A DNA stretch of 64,000 nt. Origin: an uncultured Gammaproteobacteria bacterium (lineage in GTDB: Bacteria > Pseudomonadota > Gammaproteobacteria > Steroidobacterales > Steroidobacteraceae). The DNA lies in contig CAWIGQ010000012.1 in assembly GCA_963835645.1 (NCBI GenBank), forward strand, positions 16,954-80,953, in the 5' to 3' direction. A program made the position numbers and the translations under genes. The notes beneath the pieces are model-generated. The model was not told the DNA's origin, ran no database searches, and saw only the letters and a list, made by a program, of their open reading frames with translations. Positions within the stretch are counted from its first letter, which is position 1. Every line of letters begins with the position of its first letter. This document shows, piece after piece, positions 36,600 through 45,443 of this stretch.

Positions 36600-37558
36600 G
36601 AGCGGCCGGGACAATATTGATCAGCGGGGTCGCGGGCTTCATCGGCGCGCACGTGGCACGCAGATTCCGCGACGAAGGGTGCGCGGTCATCGGCGTCGAT
36701 GATCTCTCCGGCGGCGAGGCGGGCAACGTACCGGCGGACGTCGAGCTCATCGAGTGCGACCTTGCAGCGCCCGGGGCGCTGCGGCGGCTGCCGCACGGCT
36801 GCCGACGCATCCTGCACCTGGCGGGCCAGTCCTCGGGGGAGATCAGTTTCGACGATCCGATTGCGGATCTGCAGAAGAATACCGTCTCGACGCTGAATCT
36901 CATCCGCTACGGCCTGGATAACCAGACCGAGCGTATCGTGTACGCAAGCTCGATGTCGGTCTACGGAGCGGTGGAGGATGCTCCAGTCGGGGAGCAGCGG
37001 CCCTGTGCGCCGCTGTCGTGCTATGGCGTCGGCAAGCTCGCGGCGGAAGGTTACCTCCGCATCTATGCGCCACGGCTGCCGGCGGTTGCGCTGCGCATGT
37101 TCAACGTGTACGGGCCCGGCCAGAACATGCGCAACCTGCGCCAGGGGATGGTCAGCATTTACCTGGCACAGGCGCTGGCGGGCTCGCCCATCGAGGTTAA
37201 GGGGAGCCTGGAGCGCTTCCGAGACTTCATCTACATCGATGACGTGGTCGAGGCCTGGTGGCGCGCGGCAACCCGCCCCGCGGCGCTCGGGCAGACCCTG
37301 AACGTCGGCACCGGAGTGCGGACCACGGTGGCGTCGCTGCTGCAGCGGATCTGCGCGCTCGTTCCCGGGGCCACGTACTTCATGCGCGGAAGCACACCCG
37401 GAGACCAGAGCGGCATCTACGCCGACGCGCGCAGGCTGAGCGCGTGCCTGGGACTCGAGCACTTTACCTCGCTCGAGGCGGGGCTCGCGAAGTTTGTCGA
37501 CTGGGCACGCCGCGCCGCGCCGCGCGCGGCCGAGCGCACCGGAGAGGCCGCTTTATGA
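36596..37558 (+). CDS. NAD-dependent epimerase/dehydratase family SDR
   Basis: ISGVAGFIGAHV and YGVGK motifs. ATGA overlap with the upstream methyltransferase. 320 aa. Confidence 0.8.
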   Translation: MRAAGTILISGVAGFIGAHVARRFRDEGCAVIGVDDLSGGEAGNVPADVELIECDLAAPGALRRLPHGCRRILHLAGQSSGEISFDDPIADLQKNTVSTLNLIRYGLDNQTERIVYASSMSVYGAVEDAPVGEQRPCAPLSCYGVGKLAAEGYLRIYAPRLPAVALRMFNVYGPGQNMRNLRQGMVSIYLAQALAGSPIEVKGSLERFRDFIYIDDVVEAWWRAATRPAALGQTLNVGTGVRTTVASLLQRICALVPGATYFMRGSTPGDQSGIYADARRLSACLGLEHFTSLEAGLAKFVDWARRAAPRAAERTGEAAL

Positions 37559-38310
37559 AGATCGCCGCTCTGATTCCCGCCCGCATGGGCAGCAGCCGCT
37601 TTCCGGGCAAACCGCTGGCCAAATTGCTCGGCCAGCCGATGATCGGGCACGTTTATGAGCGTGTGACGCGCAATCCGCTGCTCAGCGTGACCGCGGTAGC
37701 CACCTGCGACCGTGAGATCTTCGACTACGTGCGCAGCATCGGTGGTCGTGCCGTTATGACCGGCAGCCACCACGAACGGGCGTCCGATCGTTGCGCCGAG
37801 GCGCTCGGAATCCTCGAGGCCGAGGACGGGATCAGGTTCGAAATCGTGGTGATGGTGCAGGGCGATGAGCCGATGATTCATCCGGATATGATCTCCGAGG
37901 CGCTCACCCCGATGCTGCAGGACGCATCGCTCCAGGTGGTGAATCTGCTCGGCAGGATCGAGTCCACCGCCGAGTTCGAGGACCGCAATTGCATCAAGGT
38001 GGTCTGCGACCTCAAGGGCGATGCGCTATATTTCTCGCGCGAGCCCATCCCGACGCGCGCCAAGACCGCGGCAATTCCCATGGGCAAGCAGGTGTGCGTC
38101 ATCCCCTTCCGGCGGGATTTCCTGCTGCACTACACCCAACTTGAGCCGACGCCGCTGGAGATCGCCGAGTCGGTCGACATGATGCGCATCCTCGAGCACG
38201 GGAAGAAGCTGCGCATGGTGCCAACCCGGCACGAATCGCACGCAGTCGATACGCCGCGGGATCTCGAGCTTGTCGCGCGGCTGATGAGCGCCTCGGCCGA
38301 GGGCAGTTGA
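37555..38310 (+). CDS. KdsB-family cytidylyltransferase (CMP-3-deoxy-2-ulosonic acid synthetase-like)
   Basis: IPARMGSSRFPGKPLAKLLGQPMIGHV, VQGDEPMI, ALYFSREPIP and AVDTPRDLELV read co-linearly with CMP-Kdo synthetases. 251 aa. ATGA overlap upstream. Confidence 0.8.
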   Translation: MKIAALIPARMGSSRFPGKPLAKLLGQPMIGHVYERVTRNPLLSVTAVATCDREIFDYVRSIGGRAVMTGSHHERASDRCAEALGILEAEDGIRFEIVVMVQGDEPMIHPDMISEALTPMLQDASLQVVNLLGRIESTAEFEDRNCIKVVCDLKGDALYFSREPIPTRAKTAAIPMGKQVCVIPFRRDFLLHYTQLEPTPLEIAESVDMMRILEHGKKLRMVPTRHESHAVDTPRDLELVARLMSASAEGS

Positions 38311-40322
38311 GTCCGGCGAAAACGGTATTGATGCAGCAGCCGGCAGAACACGCCCGCGAGAATCAGCGGGCCGAGGGCGCGCGCGGCGCGGTGCTGATGT
38401 TATGGGCCGCAGCGGCGCACGCGATGCCCCTGCACGGCAACATCCTGCTCTGGCAAGGTGCTGCTCGCGAAGCGGGCGTGCGCTCGCTGGCCGAATACAT
38501 CGACGCTCACGCAGCCGAGATCCGGCGGCGCTACCTCGCATGGTCCTTCGATCTGGGCGAGCTGCGCATCGCCGGCCGCAGGCTGTGCGAGCGCTTCGCG
38601 CTTGCGGGCGGGATGAGCTTCTGGTGGTACTCGCCGTTCGTCGAGCAGAGCACCTGGAAGCAGCGCTCGCTGGAGTCTCTGCTGAGAGTTTTCGCGCTCG
38701 AGCTGCTGCTCGAGCGGGAAAGGCCCGCGGAGCTGGTATTCGCCGGCGCCGATCGGCGCCTGGGCCGCGTACTGCAGGGCATCTGCCGGCGACAGGGCAT
38801 TCGCTATCGCTGGATGAGGCTTGGCGGGAGCCCGGTCATGAGAGCGCGACGCGGGCTGCGCGCCCTGCCGCGCCTCGTGCATGGGCTGCTGGCGCTCGTG
38901 TATTTCGCGGCGATCCGGGTGGCGCTCGGGCGAGCGCCGCAACCGCAGCCGCCCGCCGGCGCGCGGCGCGTGCTGATCTGCGGGGCATTCGCCAATCACA
39001 ACGCCGGCGAGTCTGCCGCGGGTGAATTCAGCTCGCACTTCTGGGGCACTCTCCCGGCTGCCCTGACGCGCGATGGCTACGATGTGCAATGGCTGCACTA
39101 TTTCTACGCGCACGACAAGGTGCCCAATGCGCAGTGCGCCCGCAGGATCCTCGAGCGCATCAACGCGCGCTCGCGGCGCGCCGATGCGCACCGTTTCGTC
39201 GAATCGTATCTGCCGCTGCCTGCCCTGGCGGGGATTTTCGGCAGGTGGACCGCGATCGCGGCGGAGTCACTACTCATCGGGTGGCATCTGCGCCGAAGCT
39301 GCGCGCGGGGCGAACACGCGATCCACTGGCCCCTGATAGGCGACGATTGGGCCAAGGCATTCCGCGGCTTCGATTGCGTGCAGAATCTCTTCCTGGCCGC
39401 GTGCTTCGAGCGGGCGCTGGCGGTCGGGGCGAAGTACGATGAATGCATCTACCTGATGGAGAACCAGGGCTGGGAGCGCGCGCTGGGGCGAGCCTGGCAC
39501 GCGCACGGGCATGGCCGGCTGACCGGTGTGGCGCATTCGACGGTGCGGTTCTGGGATCTGCGCTATCACTGCGATCCGCGCCGCTACCAGGGCGCCTGGC
39601 GCGAGGATCTGCCCGGCCCGGACTGCGTCGCACTGAACGGTCGCGCGGCGCGTGAGGCGTACCTTGCCACCTGCGCGCAGCGCGAGGCGATCCTCGATTG
39701 CGAGGCGCTGCGGTATCTGCATCTGGTGCCGGGCATACCGCGGGATCTGCGCGAGCTCGGCCGCGGCGCGGCGCTGACGATACTCGTGCTCGGCGACTAC
39801 ACCCGCGAGCGCACACAGGCGCTGCTGCAGGTGGCGCAGGGCGTTCGCGGCAAGGCCGGCGCGCGCATCGACATCTTGGTGAAGCCGCATCCGGGCTGTC
39901 CGCTCGACGCGGCCGCAGGTTCTGCCGCGGGGTTGACGATCGTCGACGATCCGGTCGCCGCGCTCGTGTCGTCGGCGCATCTGGTGCTTGCCAGCAATAC
40001 GACCTCCGCCGCGCTCGAGGCGTACGTGTGCGGCGGGCGGCTGCTGGTTCTCGATGACCGCAGCGGCGTCAATTACAGTCCGCTGCGGGGTGTGCCCGCA
40101 GTGGCCTTCGTGCGCGATGCGCACGATGTTTGCGGCGTGATCGGCTCGCTCGACCCCGATGCCCGCGAGCCGGCGCGCCAGACCGATGCATTCTTCAACA
40201 TCGATCCGGATCTGCCGCGCTGGCGCCGCTACTTCGATGCGCGGCAGCGCCCTGCCGCGGGCGCGGCCGGGCGCGCTAACGTGGCGACGGGGCTTCGGTC
40301 CGGGAAAGGAAGGGATGGCTGA
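38307..40322 (+). CDS. Large uncharacterised protein; candidate ulosonic-acid transferase (HP-motif protein)
   Basis: About 660-671 aa (TTG 38307 or ATG 38331), soluble-looking. The C-terminal region carries IDILVKPHPGCP (His-Pro at nt 39888-39893), then LASNTTSAALEAYVCG 37 residues later (39990-40007). Directly follows the KdsB-like gene (TTGA overlap). Confidence 0.4.
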   Translation: MSPAKTVLMQQPAEHARENQRAEGARGAVLMLWAAAAHAMPLHGNILLWQGAAREAGVRSLAEYIDAHAAEIRRRYLAWSFDLGELRIAGRRLCERFALAGGMSFWWYSPFVEQSTWKQRSLESLLRVFALELLLERERPAELVFAGADRRLGRVLQGICRRQGIRYRWMRLGGSPVMRARRGLRALPRLVHGLLALVYFAAIRVALGRAPQPQPPAGARRVLICGAFANHNAGESAAGEFSSHFWGTLPAALTRDGYDVQWLHYFYAHDKVPNAQCARRILERINARSRRADAHRFVESYLPLPALAGIFGRWTAIAAESLLIGWHLRRSCARGEHAIHWPLIGDDWAKAFRGFDCVQNLFLAACFERALAVGAKYDECIYLMENQGWERALGRAWHAHGHGRLTGVAHSTVRFWDLRYHCDPRRYQGAWREDLPGPDCVALNGRAAREAYLATCAQREAILDCEALRYLHLVPGIPRDLRELGRGAALTILVLGDYTRERTQALLQVAQGVRGKAGARIDILVKPHPGCPLDAAAGSAAGLTIVDDPVAALVSSAHLVLASNTTSAALEAYVCGGRLLVLDDRSGVNYSPLRGVPAVAFVRDAHDVCGVIGSLDPDAREPARQTDAFFNIDPDLPRWRRYFDARQRPAAGAAGRANVATGLRSGKGRDG

Positions 40323-41089
40323 TGAAGGTCGTCATACTGTGCGGCGGACTGGGCACGCGGCTGTCGGAAGAAACGACGGTGAAACCGAAGCCAATGGTCG
40401 AGATCGGTGGCCGCCCGATGCTGTGGCACATCATGAGCATGTACGGGCGTCACGGCCTGCGCGACTTCGTGCTGGCGCTCGGCTACAAGGGCGAGATCAT
40501 CAAGGACTATTTCCTCAACTACCACGCCAGACAGAGCGATGTCACCGTGCAGCTCAGGAGCGGCGAGGTCGCTTTTTCGAACCCGACCGTCGAGGACTGG
40601 AGCGTCAGCCTGGTCGACACCGGCGCGGCGACGCAGACCGGCGGGCGGCTGCTGCGCCTGCGCGAACGGCTGCACTCCCACGGCACGTTCATGCTCACTT
40701 ACGGGGACGGCGTCTCCAACGTCGACCTGCGAGCTCTGCTCGCGTTCCATCGAACACACGGGCGGCTGGCCACGGTGACCGCGGTGCGGCCCGCTGCGCG
40801 ATTCGGCGACCTCGAGATCGTGGATGATCGCGTCACGGCGTTCACCGAGAAGCCGCAGATGGGCGAGGGCTGGGTGAGCGGCGGGTTCTTTGTGTTCGAG
40901 CCGGCGGTGTTCGACTACATCGCTGATGACGCGACGATGCTCGAGCGGGCGCCGCTCGAGAGCCTGTCCGCGGAGGGCAAGCTCATGGCCTTCCGTCATT
41001 CGGGCTACTGGCACCCGATGGACACCATGCGCGACAAGAACACGCTCGAGGCGCTGTGGGCATCCGGCGCCGCGCCGTGGGCGGTGTGA
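40322..41089 (+). CDS. rfbF: Glucose-1-phosphate cytidylyltransferase
   Basis: MKVVILCGGLGTRLSEETTVKPKPMVEIGGRPMLWHIM is near-diagnostic for RfbF/DdhA. 255 aa. Confidence 0.9.
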   Translation: MKVVILCGGLGTRLSEETTVKPKPMVEIGGRPMLWHIMSMYGRHGLRDFVLALGYKGEIIKDYFLNYHARQSDVTVQLRSGEVAFSNPTVEDWSVSLVDTGAATQTGGRLLRLRERLHSHGTFMLTYGDGVSNVDLRALLAFHRTHGRLATVTAVRPAARFGDLEIVDDRVTAFTEKPQMGEGWVSGGFFVFEPAVFDYIADDATMLERAPLESLSAEGKLMAFRHSGYWHPMDTMRDKNTLEALWASGAAPWAV

Positions 41090-41090
41090 C

Positions 41091-42194
41091 ATGAGCGGCT
41101 GCTTCGGCGATAGCTACCGCGCACGGCGCGTGCTGGTAACAGGTCACACCGGCTTCAAGGGCTCGTGGCTGGCGCTCTGGCTCGCGGAGCTGGGGGCGAA
41201 AGTCGCGGGCTACTCGCTCGACGTGCCGACCCAGCCCTCGAACTTCGAGTCTCTCGGGCTCGCTGCCCGGATCGAGCATCATTTCGGCGACATCCGCGAC
41301 CGGGCAGCACTCGCGCGCGTGCTCGATGAGTTCCGGCCTGAAGTGATCTTTCATCTGGCGGCGCAGTCGCTGGTGCAGAGATCCTACGCCGATCCCGTGC
41401 TGACTTTCGAGACCAACACCATGGGCATGGTCAACGTGCTCGAGTGTGTGCGCACGCGGCCGTGGATCGCGGCCGTGGTGTTGATCACCAGTGACAAGAC
41501 CTATCGCAACGAGGAATGGTGCTGGGGCTACAAGGAGACCGACGTCCTCGGCGGACGCGACCCGTACAGCGGGTCCAAGAGCTGCGCGGACCTGATCGCT
41601 TATTCCTATTTCCACTCGTTCCTCAGGCACACCCCGACGCGTATGGCGGTAACACGTGCCGGCAACGTCATCGGAGGCGGGGACTGGGCCGCGCAGCGCA
41701 TTGTTCCCGATTGCATCCGCGCCTGGTCGGGCGGGGAGTCGGTGAGCGTGCGCAGCCCGCGGGCGACGCGCCCGTGGCAGCACGTGCTCGAGCCCTTGAG
41801 CGGCTATCTGTGCCTGGGCGCGCGCCTGCTCGCACAGCAGCCGGCGCTCAATGGCGAGCCGTTCAACTTCGGCCCCGGCGACCGCGTCGATCAGACGGTC
41901 GCGCAGCTGCTCGATGCGATGGTGCAGCGCTGGCCCGGGGTCGGCTGGCATGTCGATGCCGGCGCAGACCCGGGCGGCCACGAGGCCACTTTGCTCAAGT
42001 TGTCCTGCGACAAGGCGCAGTTTCATCTCGGCTGGCGCGCCGTGCTGACATTCGAGGAAACGGTCGAATTCACCGTCGACTGGTATCGCAACTGGCTCGA
42101 GCAGCGCATCGCGGTTTATCCGTTCGCGCGCGGACAGATCGTGCGCTACCGCGAGCTGGCCGGCGAGCGCGGTCTCACCTGGGCGGGCGCATGA
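41091..42194 (+). CDS. rfbG: CDP-glucose 4,6-dehydratase
   Basis: VLVTGHTGFKGSWLALWL and YSGSK. 367 aa. Immediately follows rfbF. Confidence 0.88.
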   Translation: MSGCFGDSYRARRVLVTGHTGFKGSWLALWLAELGAKVAGYSLDVPTQPSNFESLGLAARIEHHFGDIRDRAALARVLDEFRPEVIFHLAAQSLVQRSYADPVLTFETNTMGMVNVLECVRTRPWIAAVVLITSDKTYRNEEWCWGYKETDVLGGRDPYSGSKSCADLIAYSYFHSFLRHTPTRMAVTRAGNVIGGGDWAAQRIVPDCIRAWSGGESVSVRSPRATRPWQHVLEPLSGYLCLGARLLAQQPALNGEPFNFGPGDRVDQTVAQLLDAMVQRWPGVGWHVDAGADPGGHEATLLKLSCDKAQFHLGWRAVLTFEETVEFTVDWYRNWLEQRIAVYPFARGQIVRYRELAGERGLTWAGA

Positions 42195-42682
42195 AGATCG
42201 TCACCCGCATCGAGGGCCTGGCGGTTACGCCGCTGCGCGAGATTCGCGACGAGCGTGGCGCGGTGCTGCACGTGTTGCGCTCCGATGCCGCGGACTTCTG
42301 CGCATTTGGCGAGTGCTACCTCTCCGAGGTCGTCCCCGGAGCGATCAAGGCGTGGAAACGCCATCACCGTCAGACTCAGAACCTGGCGGTGCCGATCGGG
42401 CGCGTCAGGTTCGTCATCTACGACGCGCGCGTCTCATCCGCAACCCACGGCTGCCTCGAGGTCATCGAGCTCGGCAGACCCGATGCCTATGCCCGGCTGC
42501 GCATTCCGCCGATGCTGTTCTACGGTTTCGCCTGCACCAGTGCACTGCCAGCACTGGTGGTAAACTGTACCGACATCCCGCACGATCCTGCGGAAAGCGA
42601 TTCCCTGGGACTCGAAGAGCTTGCCGGCGGCGCCGCGCTCGAGCTGCTGCGCACACCTGCGCCGGCAGCCGTCGGGCGATGA
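42191..42682 (+). CDS. RmlC-like cupin (sugar-nucleotide 3,5- or 5-epimerase family)
   Basis: 163 aa small cupin. LREIRDERGAVLHV...GECYLSEVVPGAIKAWKRH resembles dTDP-4-dehydrorhamnose 3,5-epimerase-related proteins. ATGA overlap with rfbG. Confidence 0.65.
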   Translation: MKIVTRIEGLAVTPLREIRDERGAVLHVLRSDAADFCAFGECYLSEVVPGAIKAWKRHHRQTQNLAVPIGRVRFVIYDARVSSATHGCLEVIELGRPDAYARLRIPPMLFYGFACTSALPALVVNCTDIPHDPAESDSLGLEELAGGAALELLRTPAPAAVGR

Positions 42683-42708
42683 CTGCGGATGCTCTCGCGG
42701 AGCAATAG

Positions 42709-43548
42709 ATGCTGCTGAGAAGGGCTGTGAAGAGGATTGTTCCGCAGAAATGGCGGCCGTTCGCCATTTCGGTCTATCTGCGCGGACACGCGTTGTATTT
42801 TGCGCTCTACCGGCGGCTCCTTCGTCCAAGCAGCAAGTACCTCGCCGTTGCGGAGCAGAACTACCTCACCGGTGCACCGCCCGAGTGGACCAGCGTGAGT
42901 CTCGACAGCGCCGATATCCTGGTCGACCTGGAGACCGAATACGATTTCAAGCTGCAGGACGTCAGGTTTGCCTATAGCGGACACACGATTGAGCACCTCT
43001 CGGACACAGCGGTGCACAGATTATTCCGCAAGCTGTTCGGCGCGATGCGGCCCGGGGGCGTCATCCGCGTGGAGTGCCCTGACCTCGACATGATGCTGGA
43101 CGACTACAAGTGCGTGCACAACAACGATCGGAAGGTGACGCGGCAGATCATGGCGGTCACCGCCGGCTGGAACATGGAACGGGTCGACCCCCGCTACGCG
43201 CAGGATCATCTCAGGGTATTGGCCGGGATCGTCAGCTATTGCGATGGCGACTCGAATATGCTGACACCGTTGTGCTCGGCCGAGGAGTTCAACCAGAAGA
43301 TCACGACTTTGTCGAACGAGGAGTTCGGCGATTGGGCGGTGTCGCTGCTGACGCCCGAGCAGCTGCGTGACTCGCACCTGCACCGCAACTGGTTCAACTT
43401 CCGCAAGCTGCAGGCGTTTCTCACCGAGGCCGGCTTCGCGGGCGTCGTGCGCTGCGAGCCGCCAGTCACACAATATGGCTTCAGAATGAACATCAACCGA
43501 ACCCACCGTAGCTGGTGCTCGCTGTATGTCGAGGCCGTCAAGCGCTGA
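42709..43548 (+). CDS. Methyltransferase-like protein (type-11/COG4627-like, SAM motif I degenerate)
   Basis: FAYSGHTIEHLSDTAVHRLFRKLFGAMRPGGVIRVECPDLD resembles the post-motif-I core of small SAM methyltransferases. No clear GxGxG. Lower G+C than the flanking genes. Confidence 0.45.
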   Translation: MLLRRAVKRIVPQKWRPFAISVYLRGHALYFALYRRLLRPSSKYLAVAEQNYLTGAPPEWTSVSLDSADILVDLETEYDFKLQDVRFAYSGHTIEHLSDTAVHRLFRKLFGAMRPGGVIRVECPDLDMMLDDYKCVHNNDRKVTRQIMAVTAGWNMERVDPRYAQDHLRVLAGIVSYCDGDSNMLTPLCSAEEFNQKITTLSNEEFGDWAVSLLTPEQLRDSHLHRNWFNFRKLQAFLTEAGFAGVVRCEPPVTQYGFRMNINRTHRSWCSLYVEAVKR

Positions 43549-43575
43549 GCGGTACCGCTCACCGGGTACGCGCCA

Positions 43576-44535
43576 TTGAAAGTACTGCTTACCGGCGGCC
43601 TGGGGTATCTGGGCGGGCGCCTGGCGCAATCGCTGGCGGCGACGGCGCGCCCTGAGCTGACCCTGGCCACGCGCCGCAGCGCCCGGACACGCTCGCCGGT
43701 TGCCGATGCCAGGATCGTCACGACCGACTGGAGCAGCGACAGCGCGCTCGAGCAGCTCTGCGGGGGCGTGGAAGCCGTGGTGCACCTTGCCGGCATGAAT
43801 GCCGCGGAGTGCGGGCGCAATCCCGTGGCAGCGCTCGAATTCAACGGTGTGGCTACCGCGCGCCTGGCGCAGGCGGCTGCCAGGCAGGGGACGGCCCGGT
43901 TCATCTACCTCTCGAGCGCTCACGTCTACGGCGCAGCCCTCAGCGGGCTGGTCGATGAGCGCACCTGCCCCGCGCCACGTCACGCTTACGCGACCAGCCA
44001 TCGGGCGGGGGAGGACGCGGTGCGCCTGGCGTGTGCCGGCAGCGCGATGACCGGCGTCATCGTGCGGCTCTCCAACGCCTTCGGAGCGCCGGTAGATCCT
44101 GCCGCTGACTGCTGGCATCTGCTGACCAATGACCTGTGCAGGCAGGCGGTGACGACGCGGCGCGCGGTGCTGAAAACTAACGGCACCCAGCGGCGGGATT
44201 TTATCCCCGTGGCGGAGGCGTGCCGCGCGATCGCGCACCTGCTGCAGCTGCCGCCCCCGCGCCTCGGCGACGGCCTGTTCAACGTCGGCGGCGCCTGGGC
44301 CCCGACACTGCTGGAAATGGCGCACCTCATCGCGGCGCGCGTCGCGGCGCGCCTCGGGTTCCAGCCGCAGGTGTTGCCGGGCAGCGCCCGCGACAGTAGC
44401 GGCGAGGCGCAGCTCGAGTATTCCGTGGCCAGGCTCACCGCGAGCGGCTTCGCGCTGCGGCGCGAGGCGGTGGTGGAAGAGCTCGACCGGCTGGTCGAGT
44501 TCTGCGCGCAGAAGACACCCGGACCAGCAACGTGA
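43576..44535 (+). CDS. NAD(P)-dependent SDR, probable 4-keto-6-deoxyhexose reductase (non-canonical YxxxH motif)
   Basis: LLTGGLGYLGGRL Rossmann motif. The catalytic region reads HAYATSHRAGED, with His where the conserved Lys is expected. TTG start. Last gene of the CDP-sugar block. Confidence 0.6.
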   Translation: MKVLLTGGLGYLGGRLAQSLAATARPELTLATRRSARTRSPVADARIVTTDWSSDSALEQLCGGVEAVVHLAGMNAAECGRNPVAALEFNGVATARLAQAAARQGTARFIYLSSAHVYGAALSGLVDERTCPAPRHAYATSHRAGEDAVRLACAGSAMTGVIVRLSNAFGAPVDPAADCWHLLTNDLCRQAVTTRRAVLKTNGTQRRDFIPVAEACRAIAHLLQLPPPRLGDGLFNVGGAWAPTLLEMAHLIAARVAARLGFQPQVLPGSARDSSGEAQLEYSVARLTASGFALRREAVVEELDRLVEFCAQKTPGPAT

Positions 44536-45434
44536 CGGCGCTGGTGTCCGTGGTAATCCCGAACTACAACCGTGCCGCAGATCTGCGGCGCGCACTCGCA
44601 GCGGTCATCCGCCAGACGTGGCAGCAATGGGAAGTGCTGGTGGTCGACAATCACTCCACTGACAACGTCGCGCAGGTGATCGGCAGCCTTCAGGAGCCGC
44701 GCATCCGCATGCTCTCGGTCCACAATCACGGTGTGATCGCCCTGTCGCGCAACGTGGGCGTGGCGCATGCGGCCGGGACGTACGTAGCTTTCCTCGACTC
44801 CGACGACTGGTGGGCGCCGCGCAAGCTCGAGCTGTCGATGCGCGCGCTCGAGTCGGGCGCGGACATCGTCTACCACGATCTGTACCTGGCGCGCTCGCCG
44901 CGCAGCCGCTGGCGCCTGCAACGCGCTGTAACGCGGCCAATTACGTCGCCGGCGTTCAAATACCTCATCGAGCGCGGCAACGTGCTGATCAACTCGAGCG
45001 TCGTCGTACGCCGCCGCCTGCTGCTCGAGATCGGCGGCCTCTCGGAGGATCCGGAGCTGGCGTCCTGGGAGGATTACGAGTGCTGGCTGCGCCTGGCTGC
45101 GGTCACTGAAGAATTCACCCGCCTGCCTCAGCCGCTCGGCTGGTATTGGGTGGGAGGGGGGAACGTGAGCTCACCGCAGCGGACCCTTCGCAACCTGGAG
45201 CGGATCCGGCAGATGTACTTCGACGCCGCTGGCCGCCACGCAACCCAGGAACTGCCCGGCTGGTACCATTACGGCATGGGCAGGGCTCACTATCATCTGC
45301 GGCATTACCGGGAGGCGTGCGAGCACATGCAGCGCGCCTTGCGCGGCGAGCTCTACCCGAACGTGCGGGCGAAGGCGCTGGCGACTCTCGGCGTCAGCCT
45401 GCTGCGCGGCCGCCTGACCTCGACGCCAGCTTGA
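44532..45434 (+). CDS. Family 2 glycosyltransferase
   Basis: VSVVIPNYNRA and FLDSDDWW (DxD). GTGA overlap upstream. Confidence 0.88.
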   Translation: MTALVSVVIPNYNRAADLRRALAAVIRQTWQQWEVLVVDNHSTDNVAQVIGSLQEPRIRMLSVHNHGVIALSRNVGVAHAAGTYVAFLDSDDWWAPRKLELSMRALESGADIVYHDLYLARSPRSRWRLQRAVTRPITSPAFKYLIERGNVLINSSVVVRRRLLLEIGGLSEDPELASWEDYECWLRLAAVTEEFTRLPQPLGWYWVGGGNVSSPQRTLRNLERIRQMYFDAAGRHATQELPGWYHYGMGRAHYHLRHYREACEHMQRALRGELYPNVRAKALATLGVSLLRGRLTSTPA

Positions 45435-45443
45435 GCGCTCTGC

